Source: Eledone cirrhosa (lineage: Eukaryota). From it: a stretch of 64,000 nucleotides of DNA. The stretch covers positions 11,160,001 through 11,224,000 of the forward strand of contig OZ024749.1 in NCBI GenBank assembly GCA_964016885.1. The letters are read 5' to 3'. The first letter of the stretch is position 1; every line of letters starts with the position of its first letter. A program made the translations under genes and the position numbers. Positions 23,352 to 40,510 of this stretch are shown one piece after another. The notes under the pieces were generated by a model, which saw only the letters and a program-made list of their open reading frames with translations, did not search any database and was not told where the DNA came from.

Positions 23352-24871
23352 TAACGGGGGTTGTGTAAGTAAGTTTGCCTGTAAAATAAAATAAAATAAA
23401 AAAGTCAATTATGCACATTTTGTTCATGAAAGAGGAAGAAACCATCAAAAGAGGAAAAAATAGGAGAGTTCCAGAATGTTCCATTCTAAACAGCCAAATA
23501 AAGAATTCAAATTGAGAACATTTTTTTTTTTCTTCTTTAAGACATTCTCACAAACTAATTTCCAAACTATAAACAAATACACATACAGGAAATTTTTTGA
23601 AAATATAAAAAGCTGCAAGAATCATCAAAAAATAAGGAGTTCTTTTATGTGAAAAGACAAACTTGAGAAATAATAAGTTATTTTTATCATTATGAAAATG
23701 AAATTACATTTTCTCTTATTGTGGTTGTTCTCCACTAAAAACTAAAACTTGGGAAATCAAAAATATTTTTTGGGGTCTCCTTTCCTTTCTTGTCCTTTTA
23801 AAATATCTTGAACAAAAAATGTCATCATTTTGTTGTGTGTTTTGTTCTCTCTTTTGACATTGATGTGAATGATGGAGATAAATGAAAGATCTTATAAAGA
23901 ATAAGACTACAAAACAGCAGAAATTGACTAAAATATTGCTAAAATGTGTGAAATTTTGTGAGGATGATAGCGAGAAAGAAAGAATGAAAGGATGGGGTGA
24001 GGAAGGTGGAGAAAAGTGGGAGTGAAAATGAGTTGAAAAAGTTTGAAAATGTTTTAAGAAACTAATAGAAAAAGAAAAGCTGAAACTTTTTTTATAATTT
24101 GGAATTTGAAATAAAAAATTTATTGAAAGTTTAAAAAAAAATTAAATAAACAAATAAAAAAACAATCTTTTAAAGCACAATTCCTTTTCAAAATTTTATT
24201 GAAAAATATCAAAATATTTTTTTCTTCTCTCCTCTCCCTACTATTTTATTGTTATTTGGTAAAAAACAAAACAAGTATTGTTGTCTTTTTAAAACAAAAA
24301 CAATAAAACATTTTCAGAAAGACTGACAAAATCTTGTTAAAGACTAATAAATAAATAATTAATTAATTGAATAATGTATCACAACACTTTCAAATAATGG
24401 GCAACAATATTTTACAATACAGAACTTTGTTGGATTGTTTCAATATATTTAATAATGGCGAAATCGTTTGAAAAATATATACCGCAATGCCTGACCAACC
24501 AATCCAAACCAATTCACCGACTCATCTAAAAGACAAAAAACAAAACAAAAAAAAACTTACTTGACCTCATCTACTAATAGGAGACTTCTTACATTTTTTT
24601 TCTTTTCACGTTTTTAGCTAAAATCTCAAATTTGAAAATCTTATAATTGTATTTTAAAAAGTTATTTTCTTTTTTAAAAGAAAAAAAAGGTTGTTTTATT
24701 TTATTTTGTTGTTAATGATTTTCAAAGTTGCTAGCTGGCAGATGGAATGTTGAAATATAATATTTTTAAGGGGGAGGTTTTTCTAAAGTCATTTTAAGTT
24801 TAAAAGCACAGATTATCACACACACACACACACACAGATACATACATGTGTGTGTTTGTTTGTGTGTATAC

Positions 24872-24921
<50 letters not shown>

Positions 24922-24969
24922 TATATGTATATATATATATGTATATATATATATGTATATATATATATG

Positions 24970-25024
<55 letters not shown>

Positions 25025-25234
25025 GTATGTATGTATATATATATATACGTGTATGTATATATATATATATATATGTATGTATATATATATATATATATAA
25101 TATATGTATGTATGTATGTATATGTATGTATGTATGTATATATATATATATATATAATATATGTATGTATGTATGTATATGTATGTATGTATGTATATGT
25201 ATCTATATATATAATATATGTATCTATATATATA

Positions 25235-25269
<35 letters not shown>

Positions 25270-25433
25270 TGTGTATGTATGTCTATATATATATATGTAT
25301 GTATGTATATATATATATGTATATATATATATATGTATGTATGTATATATATGTATGTATGTATATATATATGTATATATATATATATGTATGTATGTAT
25401 ATATATATGTATATATATATATATGTATGTATG

Positions 25434-25467
<34 letters not shown>

Positions 25468-25553
25468 TGTATGTATATATATATATGTATAAATATGTAT
25501 GTATGTATATATATATGTATAAATATGTATGTATGTATATATATATATGTATG

Positions 25554-25587
<34 letters not shown>

Positions 25588-25821
25588 TATATGTATGTAT
25601 ATATATATATGTATGTATATATATATGTATGTATGTATATGTATATGTATATATATGTATATATGTATATATATATATGTATATATAAATATATGTATAT
25701 ATATATGTATATATATATATTTATATATATATATGTATATATATATGTATATATATATATTTATATATATATATGTATATATATGTATATATATATGTAT
25801 ATATATGTATATATATATATG

Positions 25822-25852
<31 letters not shown>

Positions 25853-25917
25853 GTATATATATATGTATATATATATATGTATATATATATATGTATATAC
25901 ATATGTATATATATATG

Positions 25918-25948
<31 letters not shown>

Positions 25949-26033
25949 GTATATATTATGTATATGTATATATGTATATATATATGTATATATATGTATA
26001 TATATGTATATGTATATATATGTATATATATGT

Positions 26034-26065
<32 letters not shown>

Positions 26066-26150
26066 GTATATATATATGTATATATATATATGTATATATA
26101 TATGTATATATATATATGTATATATATATATGTATATACATATGTATATA

Positions 26151-26195
<45 letters not shown>

Positions 26196-26210
26196 GTATA
26201 TATATATATG

Positions 26211-26241
<31 letters not shown>

Positions 26242-26306
26242 GTATATATATATGTATATATATATATGTATATATATATATGTATATACATATGTATATA
26301 TATATG

Positions 26307-26337
<31 letters not shown>

Positions 26338-26537
26338 GTATATATTATGTATATGTATATATGTATATATATATGTATATATATGTATATATATGTATAT
26401 GTATATATATGTATATATATGTATATATATGTATATGTATATATATATATATGTATATATATATGTATATATATATATGTATATATATATGTATATATAT
26501 ATATGTATATATATATATGTATATACATATGTATATA

Positions 26538-26582
<45 letters not shown>

Positions 26583-26731
26583 GTATATATATATATGTAT
26601 ATATATATGTATATATATATATATGTATATATATGTATATATATATATATATGTATATATATATGTATATATATGTATATATGTATATATATGTATATAT
26701 ATATATGTATATATATATATGTATATATATG

Positions 26732-26803
<72 letters not shown>

Positions 26804-26867
26804 TATATCTATATATATATATATGTATATATATATATGTATATATATATATGTATATATATATATG

Positions 26868-26998
<131 letters not shown>

Positions 26999-27121
26999 AT
27001 ATATATATGTGTATATATATATGTGTATATATATATGTGTATATGTGTATATATATATGTGTATATATATATGTGTATATATATATGTGTATATATATAT
27101 GTGTATATATATATATATGTG

Positions 27122-27152
<31 letters not shown>

Positions 27153-27211
27153 GTGTATATATATGTATATATATATATATATATATGTGTATGTATATAT
27201 GTATATATATG

Positions 27212-27244
<33 letters not shown>

Positions 27245-27257
27245 GTATATATATATG

Positions 27258-27288
<31 letters not shown>

Positions 27289-27307
27289 GTGTATATATAT
27301 ATGTATG

Positions 27308-27338
<31 letters not shown>

Positions 27339-27343
27339 GTATG

Positions 27344-27374
<31 letters not shown>

Positions 27375-27707
27375 GTGTATATATATATGTATATATATAT
27401 ATATATATATATAAGTAACTATATATGTATATATATATATATGTGTATATATATATGTATATATATATATATATATATAAGTAACTATATATATATATAT
27501 ATATAAGTAACTATATATATTATATAGATATATACCTATGTATATATATATATATAACTATATATATATACCTATATATATTATATAGATATATATCTAT
27601 AATAAAGAAATATATATATATACCTATATATATTATATAGATATATACCTATGTATATATATATATATCTAGATATATATATATATATAGATATAGATAT
27701 ATAATAT

Positions 27708-27739
<32 letters not shown>

Positions 27740-28146
27740 ATATATATATATATAATATATATATATATATATAATATATATATATATATATAATATATAT
27801 ATATATATACCTATATATATGTATATATATATACCTATATATATATATACCTATATATATATATACCTATATATATGTATATATATATACCTATATATAT
27901 ATATATATATATACCTATATATATATATATATACCTATATATATGTATATATATATACCTATATATATATATATATATATACCTATATATATATATATAT
28001 ATACCTATATATATATATATATATACCTATATATATATATATATATACCTATATATATGTATATATATATACCTATATATATTTATATACCTATATATAT
28101 GTATATATATATACCTATATATATTTATATATATATATTTATATAG

Positions 28147-28193
<47 letters not shown>

Positions 28194-28221
28194 AATACCT
28201 ATATATATATATATACCAATA

Positions 28222-28261
<40 letters not shown>

Positions 28262-28645
28262 CCTACATTTCATTTTAATCATTTTCTAAGAAAAAAGAGA
28301 GAAAGAAATAAAAAGGGAAAAAAATATATTTTTCTTCCTAATAATCGTCTCTTTCTCCGTTTTCATATACACACCTATGTCCATGTATATATATACCTTT
28401 ACCTATGTATATATACCTTTACCTATGTATATATATATATATATATATATACCTATGCATATATGTATGTATATATATATATATACCTATGCATATATGT
28501 ATCTATATATATATATATACCTATGCATATATGTATGTATATATATATATATACCTATGCATATATGTATGTATATATATATATATACCTATGTATATAT
28601 GTATGTATATATGCATGTATATATATATATACCTATGTATATATG

Positions 28646-28682
<37 letters not shown>

Positions 28683-28818
28683 ATGTATATATGTATGTAT
28701 ATATATATATATATACCTATGTATCTATGTATGTGTATATATATATATATACATATATATATATACATACATACCTATATACATATATATATATATATAT
28801 ATACATACATATATACAT

Positions 28819-28860
<42 letters not shown>

Positions 28861-28871
28861 ATGTATATATG

Positions 28872-28908
<37 letters not shown>

Positions 28909-28951
28909 ATGTATATATGTATGTATATATATATATGTATATATGTATGTA

Positions 28952-28985
<34 letters not shown>

Positions 28986-29043
28986 TATATATATATGTAT
29001 ATATGTATGTATATATATATATGTATATATATGTATATATGTA

Positions 29044-29079
<36 letters not shown>

Positions 29080-29667
29080 TGTATATATATATATATGTAT
29101 ATATGTATGTATATATGTATGTATATATATATATGTATATATGTATGTATGTATATATATATATGTATATATGTATGTATATATATATATGTATATATGT
29201 ATGTATGTATATATATATATATATATATATACCTATGTATGTATATATATATATATACCTATGTATGTATATATATATATATACCTATGTATATATATAT
29301 ATATACCTATGTATGTATATATATATATATACCTATGTATGTATATATATATATATACCTATGTATGTATATATATATATATACCTATGTATGTATATAT
29401 ATATATATACCTATGTATGTATATATATATATATACCTATGTATATATATATGTATATATATATATGTATATATATATGTATATATATGTATATATGTAT
29501 GTATATATATATATGTATATATGTATGTATATATATGTATATATGTATGTATATATATATATGTATGTATATATAGATATATATATAGGTATATATATAT
29601 AATAAATATACATATATATAGGTATATATATGTATGTATGTACGTATATATATATATATATATATAT

Positions 29668-29762
<95 letters not shown>

Positions 29763-29764
29763 GG

Positions 29765-29799
<35 letters not shown>

Positions 29800-30277
29800 A
29801 TATATATATATATATAGGTATATATATATATATATAGGTATATATATATATATATATAGGTATATATATATAGGTATATATATATATATAATAAATATAC
29901 ATAGGTATATATATATATATATATAGGTATATATATATAATAAATATACATAGGTATATATAGGTATATATATATATAGGTATATATATATATATAATAA
30001 ATATACATAGGTATATATATATATATACCTATGTATATTTATTAAAATAACAGATTAAAGTTTAAGAATCGCTGCTTTCACCCTTAATCTGTTATTTTAA
30101 TAATTATTACTATACCTATGTATATATATATACCCATGTATATATGGACCTATAACCAAAGATTAATATAGTTTGTTGATTACTCAACGAATAGTTTTAC
30201 AATAGATTAGAAGCACTCAACAGCCAAGTTTTCCTGGAATTTTTAATATTATGAAAAATGTTTGCATAATCAAAATA

Positions 30278-30347
30278 TATACTTTATTATATATATTTCA
30301 AAGGTACTGTGCTGTTTTTTCAGTACGTCCTCATCAGACAAAATATA
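30278..30347 (-). ncRNA. Type I minimal hammerhead ribozyme
   Basis: Minus: tatattttgt CTGATGA ggacgtactg..cagtaccttt GAAA T ATAT A TA ataaagtata. Confidence 0.75.
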
Positions 30348-30477
30348 TGATTTGATATTTGACACACTGCTACAGTCTTGATTATTCAATTCCCGTATTG
30401 GCAGTCAACATTTTGAATAATATATATACCTATATATCAATATATATCAATGATATTAAACAAATGGAAACTATATT

Positions 30478-30538
30478 TATTCTATTATATATATTTCAAG
30501 GGTACCAAAACTTTGGTATGCTCTCATCAGATAAAATA
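30478..30538 (-). ncRNA. Type I minimal hammerhead ribozyme
   Basis: Minus: tattttat CTGATGA gagcataccaaa gt tttggtaccctt GAAA T ATAT A TA atagaata. Confidence 0.75.
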
Positions 30539-33409
30539 CAAAGTTTGTTTTATAAATATTGACATATCCAGGAAGAAGATTTTAACGGTTCAAGTTTTTC
30601 CTGGATAGTAAAAGGAAGGAAAGAAGGGAAAGAGAAGAAAAGTCAAATATTTCAAATTATTAAGATGAGTATGCAAATAAGGTTGAGGTAGTATGCAAAT
30701 GAGGTTGAGGTATAGGGCTGAAAGAAAACGTTATTTTTAGACGCTAGGTAGATTTAAATAATTATTAGGATATATATATGTATGTGTAGGATATTATTAG
30801 GATATATATGTATGTGTAGGATATTATTAGGATATATATCTATGTGTAGGAAGAAGAAAGAGAAAGAAAGAAAGGTTTGTATTTACGTGAATTTAAAAAG
30901 AATTAAGTTTGTCGGAATGGTGGAATATGATTCCAGAACTTAAAAAGTTATTTAGCTTATTATGAGTTATAATATTATATATATAATCAATTATATTATA
31001 TGAAGAATTATGGTTGTAAGTACATTTTATCTTATTACATTACAACAGGTTGTAAGTATATAAATATCGATATAGATTACAACAGGTTGTAAGTATATAA
31101 ATATCGATATAGATTAATAATTGTGCAAGTATAAGTATTGTTGGTGATTTTATAGAAATAAACCGCACGTATTAATTGTTTACATTTCTGATATGAGTTA
31201 CGAAGGAGGTTGATTTTAGATTTTACATAAATATTTAAGTAAAAGACGTAGTTCAAGTTGTAAGAGAAGAACAATTTGTAGATTCAAATATTTTGTTCCA
31301 ACATTGAAAATGTTTTCAGAATATTGTTAATTTAGCGAAGTTATATAGTTTATCATACAAGTTATTATGTCTGTGTTTGCTCAATTGTAAAGGAAAAGAT
31401 TACTCCAGTATTATTTGCTAACCATTAAATTTGATGAATGATTTACTTAGAAAGTATGTAGAGAAAATTATATATTAATTTGTGTGAGATTATAAGGTAT
31501 TTTATATTTTATGTTTTTCAAGGATGAGAATTTTCAATTACATATTATTTATGTCGAAAGATGTGTGAAAAGTTTGAAGATTAAAGAGAAGAAAAAAATG
31601 TATTATTAGATAAGTCAAGAGTGCATTTGGAAGAACTATTCAGAATGCCAATTAAAGAGTATCATTCTACATCTAAAAAATAGATTAAGAAGAGTATCAT
31701 TAGGAAAAGAATATCAAATGGTAAAAATACTCAATTTAAGAAGGAAGATCATTTAAAAATTCTGTTTTTAATTTAATAGAGATTTGACAGTTAATTATAT
31801 AAAAAAATAATATTTATCAAACAAACTTTGTATTTTATCTGTTGAGGGCGTACCAAAGTTTTGGTACCCTAATATATATAATAGAATAAATATAGTTTCC
31901 ATTTATTTAATATCATTGATATTATACTCCAGAAAATTTGTCGAGTGCTTCGAATCTGTTATAAATAAATATATTTGTGGAATAACCAACAAATTAAATA
32001 TCCCTTTTGCTTATATATATATATACCTATATATATCTATATGTATATATATATATATCTATATATATATATACCTATATATATCTATATGTATATATAT
32101 ATATCTATATATATATATATATATATATCTATATGTATATATATATATCTATATATATATATATATATACCTATGTGTATGTATATATATACCTGTATGT
32201 ATATATATATATATACCTATGTGTATGTATATATATACCTGTATGTATATGTATATATATACCTGTATGTATATGTATATATATACCTGTATGTATATGT
32301 ATATATATACCTGTATGTATATGTATATATATACCTGTATGTATATGTATATATATATACCTGTATGTATATGTATATATATACCTGTATGTATATATAT
32401 ATATACCTGTATGTATATATATATATACCTATATATATATATATAGGTATATATATATATATACCTATATATATATAGAGATAAATATATATAGGTATAT
32501 ATATATATATATATACCTATATATGTATATAGGTATTGTTCCAACATTGAAAATGTTTTCAGAATAATGTTAGGTATATATATATATATATATATACCTA
32601 TATATATATATTTATATATATATATACCTATTTATATATATATATACCTATATATTTATATATACACATAGGTATATATATATATATATATATGCCCATA
32701 TGTATATATATATACCCATATATATATATATATATATAACGGCGATGAATTTCTTTTGCGAGGTTTTTTATATGAAATCGTGTGTCGAAACAAATATTGT
32801 TATACTTGGGGAGGGTCATATTTGTGTAATAATATTGCCAGAATTAATAACAGAACACACTCACTGTTTAATTGGTTTTCGCTTCTGTGTCTTTTACATC
32901 AGTTAATTTATTCGGTTCTCAATGTTTACCATTGACTGACCAACTGTTAAAAATATAGATATAATATAGACACAAAAACATATATATATATATATTATCT
33001 GTCGGAGAGGAACGGTATGTTGCCTCTGTTGTCCTCTGTTGTCAGCGGACAACAGATGCCACGTACCGTTCCTCTCCGACATAACTTTCTCCCCCAGAAA
33101 ACCCTCCAGTTGATGGATGCACATCCGAAATATAGGGAAAATAAATCTCTCCCAAGGTAACTCTATCTCATGTTATTATTTTTATTTTTTACACTCTTTT
33201 CTATGTTCCTCTACACACTTTACATCTCATTCTACTCTCCCTTACATCTCCCTCTTCACCGGATTCTGTTACCTGGAGATTTACCCCTCTGCATTGTTCA
33301 GGCTTCCAAAACGACAAAAAAAAAATGTTATATATAGGTATATATATATTTATATATAGGTATATATATATATAGGTATATATATATATATAGGTATATA
33401 TATATATAT

Positions 33410-33446
<37 letters not shown>

Positions 33447-33524
33447 TGCTAAAGCTACAGACCGAATTTGCATTGGTTAGCTTGGCCGCGAACTAAAGCT
33501 TCGTTAATGCGGTACTAAAATTTG

Positions 33525-33576
<52 letters not shown>

Positions 33577-33646
33577 TATATATATATATATGTATGTGTA
33601 TATATATATATATATATATATACTGTATATAGGTATATATATATAG

Positions 33647-33722
<76 letters not shown>

Positions 33723-33745
33723 ATATATATATATATACTGTATAT

Positions 33746-33776
<31 letters not shown>

Positions 33777-33838
33777 GGTATATATGTATATATAGGTATA
33801 TATATGTATATATATATATATATATAGGTATATATATG

Positions 33839-33896
<58 letters not shown>

Positions 33897-33918
33897 TATA
33901 TAAATATATATATATAGG

Positions 33919-33950
<32 letters not shown>

Positions 33951-34233
33951 GGTGTATATATATATATATATATAATTGTTTCTACTTTTGGCACAAGGCC
34001 AGTAATTATCCCAGTGCATTATATATAGGTATATATATGTTTATATATACATATATATATATTTTTATGTGTATATACATATATATATATATATTTATAT
34101 GTATATACATATATATATGTATATATATATTTATATGTATATATGTATATATATATTTATATGTATATATATATATGTATATGTATATATATATGTATAT
34201 GTATGTATATATATATATTTATGTATATATATG

Positions 34234-34266
<33 letters not shown>

Positions 34267-34297
34267 GTATATGTATATATATATATGTATGTATATG

Positions 34298-34328
<31 letters not shown>

Positions 34329-34399
34329 GTATATATATATGTATATATATATATGTATATATATATGTATATATATTTATATGTAAATATATATATATG

Positions 34400-34430
<31 letters not shown>

Positions 34431-34512
34431 GTATATATGTATGTATATGTATATATGTATGTATATAGATACATATATATATATGTATATATATATGTAT
34501 ATATATAGATAC

Positions 34513-34550
<38 letters not shown>

Positions 34551-34553
34551 ATG

Positions 34554-34585
<32 letters not shown>

Positions 34586-34623
34586 TATTTATATATGTAT
34601 ATATATATATATTTATATATATG

Positions 34624-34654
<31 letters not shown>

Positions 34655-34895
34655 TTATATATATATATGTGTGTGTAGATAAATCTACCAAAATATACGG
34701 TAGTGTCCAATCCGTATGAAGAACTCAATGTAACGATCATAAAATGATGAATTTTTTAATATAAGGAACTTGTTCTTTGTTTTTATTTCATTGTTTTTAT
34801 TAATTTATATATATAGGTATATATATATCCGTATATATATGTATATATATATGTGTATATGTATATATGTATATATATATATATATATATATAGG

Positions 34896-34931
<36 letters not shown>

Positions 34932-35105
34932 TATGTATATATATATATATATATATATAGGTCTGTATATATATATATATAGGTATATATATATGTGTAT
35001 ATATATATAGGTATATATGTATATATATATATAGGTATATATGTATATGTATATATATAGGTATATATATATGTATATATATAGGTATATATATATATAT
35101 ATATC

Positions 35106-35138
<33 letters not shown>

Positions 35139-35236
35139 ATAGGTATGTATATATGTATATATGTATATATATTTATATATGTATATGTATATATATATAG
35201 GTATAAATATGTATATGTATATATATATATATAGGT

Positions 35237-35267
<31 letters not shown>

Positions 35268-35332
35268 GGTATATATATGTATATGTATATATATAGGTAT
35301 ATATATGTATATGTATTTATATATATATAGGT

Positions 35333-35363
<31 letters not shown>

Positions 35364-35428
35364 GGCATATATATGTATATATATATATATAGGTATATAT
35401 ATGTATATGTATTTATATATATATAGGT

Positions 35429-35459
<31 letters not shown>

Positions 35460-36060
35460 GGTATATATATGTATATATATATGTATATATATATATGTAT
35501 ATATGTATATATATATGTATATATATATATGTATATATGTATATATATATATATATAGGTATATATATATATAGGTATATATATGTGTATATATATGTAT
35601 ATATATATATGTATATATGTATATATATATGTATATGTATATATGTATATATATATATATATATAGGTATATATATATATATGTATATATATATATGTAT
35701 ATATGTATATATATATATATATAGGTATATATATATATAGGTATATATATGTGTATATATATATATAGGTATATACATATAAAGGTAATCTGAGTTTTTC
35801 GAATATTAATAATAACATACGTTTTGTTTACAAATATGCAAACAAGCTTCAATTTTATAGCCACGTCAGTAGAATGAACCCCTCATTCTTGCTCTTGTGT
35901 TGGCATGTTTCTGGCTATCACCCTTCATCAGTACAGCTCACTGTATTCAGCCATGTAGAACGAACATTTTCTTTATATATATATATAGGTATGTATATAT
36001 ATATATATATATATAGGTATGTATATTTATATATATATATAGGTATATATATATATATAT

Positions 36061-36233
<173 letters not shown>

Positions 36234-36369
36234 GGTTTATATATATATATATATATATAGGTATATATATATAGGTATATATATATATATAGGTATATAT
36301 ATATATATATATATATATAGGTATATATATATATATATATATATAGGTATATATATATATATATATAGG

Positions 36370-36403
<34 letters not shown>

Positions 36404-36573
36404 GGTATATATATATATGTGTGTGTGTGTAGGGATAAATATATATAGATATATATGTATAGGTATATATACTTATATATATATGAATATATATATATAT
36501 ATATATATATATAGGTATATATATATATACAGGTAAATGTATATGTATGTATATATATATGTGTGTATATATA

Positions 36574-36615
<42 letters not shown>

Positions 36616-37251
36616 TAGGTAACACAGTAAAAAGTTCCCAGTCCACACTGTAAATGTGGTTGATGTTGGGAAGGGCATCCAGCCATAGAAACCTGCCAGA
36701 TAGTCCTGTATGAGAGAGACACGGTCACCCGACCAACCTTGCCTCAAGTGGGACAACTCCCGTCTAACCCATGCTAGCGTGGAAGATGGACGTTAAACGA
36801 TGATGATGATGATGATATATGTATGTATATATATGTGTGTATAAATATATTTACATAGGTACATATATACGTATATATGTATGTATAAGTATATATATAT
36901 ATATGTCCATATATATTTGTATATATAGATGTGTATATATACATAAATATATATATATATGTATATATGTATATATATATATGTATATACGTACATATAT
37001 ATGTATGTTTATATATATGTGTATATATATATATAGAGAGAGAGAGAGGGAGAGGTATATACGTATATATACATATATACATATTCGTATATATATGTAT
37101 ATTTATATACACACACATATATTTATATACATATACATGTATATACATACATACATACATATATATAATTAAAAAATGAAAATCATACAGTACAAATATA
37201 AAAACTAAGACCAAAATTAATGGAAGGAATGTTTTTTTACTTGAAGAAAAA

Positions 37252-37345
37252 CATTAGTGTCATTGGAAGATGGCATTAGTGTCATTGGAAGATGGCATTA
37301 GTGTCATTGGAAGATGGCATTAGTGTCATTGGAAGATGGCATTAG
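37252..37345 (+). repeat. 22-bp tandem repeat x4
   Basis: cattagtgtcattggaagatgg. Confidence 0.9.
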
Positions 37346-37448
37346 AATTATGCACAAAAGAGGAAAAAATGGAAGAAATAAGATTCCTTCGATTTTTTTT
37401 TTAATTGTTTTTTTAGAACATTGTTACTTCAGAATGAATTGTAATTAA

Positions 37449-37500
<52 letters not shown>

Positions 37501-38581
37501 CAAATATTCCTTTTTCACATTTTTCTCCCTTACTTGAGTTTCTTAAGTGTTACACTGTTCAATTTAAAAAAAAAAAGAAAAACTTTGAAAAATTTTAAAT
37601 GATAAAAGAAAACTTTTTTTTATTGCAGGTAATAGTCGCTATTTTTGACTAACTTGCGTTGCATTTTATTATGGAATAAATAGACTATTTCTTTTGAAAG
37701 TAATATTTTCTTTAGTTGAAGATTTTGTTTTGATGTTACTAATATGTGATTATATGTAATTAGGCTGAGGGTTTGTCAGAATCATTAGTTCTGGCACATT
37801 CTGTGTCCATGCTGGAGTCAACTTTACCTTTCATCTTTCCAGGGTCAATAAAATAAAGTACCAGTAAAATACTGGAGTCGATTTAAACAGACTTTTCCCC
37901 ACTTACCCCTAAATTGCTGGCTTTGTACCTAAATTGCAAACCATTATATGTGTGTAGTCAGTGGATTGGCAGAATCAATAGAGCATCAGATGTAGCATTT
38001 AGCTCTTTACATTCTCCTTTGAAATCTATCTGAGGCCAACTTTGCCTCCTTTGGTGTCAATTATTGGAGTGAATTCCATAGACTTTACTTCTCCTCCTCC
38101 TCCACCTTCTTATTGTTATGTGTATTGAGCTCATCTCAACTTATCAAAGAAAATAGTGAAGTACGACATTATAATCACATATATTATGTGATTATAGATA
38201 TCTATATGTACATATATATATGTGTGTGTGTGTGTACATATATATATATACACGTCTTCTCGTCAATGTTCGCAAGTTCTTATGTTCAAATGAATCACTG
38301 ATTTGATTTTCTCATTTTTTCCTCTCTTTACGCTGCCTCACCATTCTTGTTTGTTCATCTGTCTCTCTTTCTCCACCCAATTCTTTTTATCCCAATAACT
38401 TATTTTAGTTATTGTTCGCGCTAGCCTGAGGTATCTGATCTTTAATGCGAAGAAATACCTATGATTGTTAGTAGATCACTGATGATGGATAGTCCTGGCT
38501 TCTCTTTCTAATTTTTAATTCATATATATGTATGTATACTTTGAAAGTTTTCTGTCAGTATTGTCCTCGGACGGGTCTAAC

Positions 38582-40180
38582 ATAATACCACCTGGCGAAG
38601 TCTTTCAAATCAGGATTTTGACACCATGGCCCACTCAAGTAGAGAGTTATTGTTTATGGAGGCATATCCGGGTGTAGGAGGTTTATTCAGGATTTCTTGA
38701 AGGAATTTGTCCAAAGACTTCTTGAACTTGATGGGGTTTGTTTCTGTTTTGATGTGTTTTGGTGTAATGTTAAAGAGAGCAGGGCCAATTGAGGTGAAAT
38801 AGTTGTGCCGTAATGTCGTTATGAGATGTGAATTTGATTTTTGTTGTGGGCGGATAGCACAGAGCCCAAGCCTTGGGTGTACATTAAAGGTGATGCCAAC
38901 ATCATTTGGGCAAAGCTGATGGAATATTTTCCACATCATGCAGATAATGTAGCACTCATGGTGGCATTGGAGAGAATAAAGGTTGAGCTTTTCTAATCGA
39001 CTCCAATAGTCAAGGCCTGTCATGCCATTCTTTTTTGTAATTGATCTTTGGGGTGCTTCAACTTTCATGATACTTTGTTTCATGTGGGGAGACCACAGTA
39101 TTCAAGGTGGGGTTGAGCAAAAGTGGAGAAGAGAAGGATAACAGTGTGGATATCTCTCGACTGGAAGGTTCTGAGAATCCAGGAACACATTCTGCAGGCC
39201 ATGTCAACTTTGCTGTTTATATGACTGGCCCAGCTTATATTATTATCAACAATTACGCCCAAGTCTCTGATGTTATTGGATGCCACAAGGGTTTCACCTG
39301 AAGGAAGGTAATATGGGAGTTTCAGGGCATTCTCTTTTCCAAAGTGGATTAACTCGAATTTATCCTCATTCAGCATCATATTGTTATTTTCCACCCATTG
39401 GATAACAGCCAGTAGATCTGATTGAAGACATGTCCGGTCACCCACTCCATTGATGACCTTCTGGAAATTGGAATCATCTGCAAAGATTCTTATGTTGCTG
39501 TGCTTGATGACATCACTAATGTCATTTACATAAATAAGGAAAGGAAGTGGGCCCAACCCAGTGCCTTGTGGAATGCCACTACTGACTTTGGCTAGGCTTG
39601 ATCCATTGCAGTAACTTTCCAGAGGCACCAATGTTGGATAGTTTTTTCAGTAGAATGTTGTCAAAGGCCTTGCTAAAATCAAGGTAGATGACATCAGTGT
39701 TGGAGCCCTCGCCCAAAGCTCTTAAAATGTCATCAATGTGATGATGATGATGATGATGATATATATAACTTAATAGCACCACCTGGCGAAGTCTTTCAAA
39801 TTAGGATTTGTACACCATGGCCCACTCAAATAGAAAGTTATTGTTTACGGAGGCATATCTGGGTGTAGGAGGTTTATCCAGGATTTCTTGAAGGAATTTG
39901 TCCAAAGACTTTTTGAATTTTATGGGGTCTTTTTCTGTTTTAATGTGTTTCAACTACATGTTGGCTTTGTCTTTCAGGAAACACATGAACCATTGCAGAA
40001 ACTTTTCAGAGACACCAATGTTGGATAGTTTTTTCAGTAGAATGTCGTGATCAACCCTGTCAAAGGCCTTGCTGAAATCAAGGCAGATGACATCAGTGCT
40101 GGAGCCCTCTCTCAAAGCTCTTAAAATATCATCAAAGTGATTCAGGAGCTGCATTATGCAGTTCCTTCCATTACGGAATC
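38582..40180 (-). pseudogene. Two internally deleted CR1-type LINE RT/3' fragments
   Basis: DVIYLDFSKAFD, SGIPQGTGLGPL, RIFADD, RDLGVIVD, PHLEYC; 3' end duplicated at 38582-38760 and 39772-39950. Confidence 0.85.
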
Positions 40181-40510
40181 GATATATATATACATTGTAA
40201 CTGATCTTCTATAGACAGATTTCTTTCTGAGAATGAGGATAAATCAATTGAGAAACATGGTAAACATTATATGTGCTCCATTCTCAGATACAGATCTGTC
40301 TATGGAAATACAGTTAAAATGTGAGTACAACAATATTCTAACATTCAAGAGTATGGTTTTAAATTTGTATTTAAATCTACATATCATTTGCTCTAGATAT
40401 GTGTACAAAATACTAGTTTGTTTCTCAATTGATTTATCATCATATATTGTTTACAAATATATTATAGATGCTCTGAATAGAAGTATATTGAGCTTTTTAT
40501 TGAGAAACAT

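Larger units (their letters stand above)
30160..32010 (-). mobile_element. Non-autonomous or decayed Penelope-like element with tandem and inverted pLTR copies
   Basis: 30445-30560 is the reverse complement of 31810-31922; 30160-30240 mirrors 31926-32005; hammerheads at 30278-30347 (-), 30478-30538 (-) and 31831-31888 (+, disabled). Confidence 0.7.
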
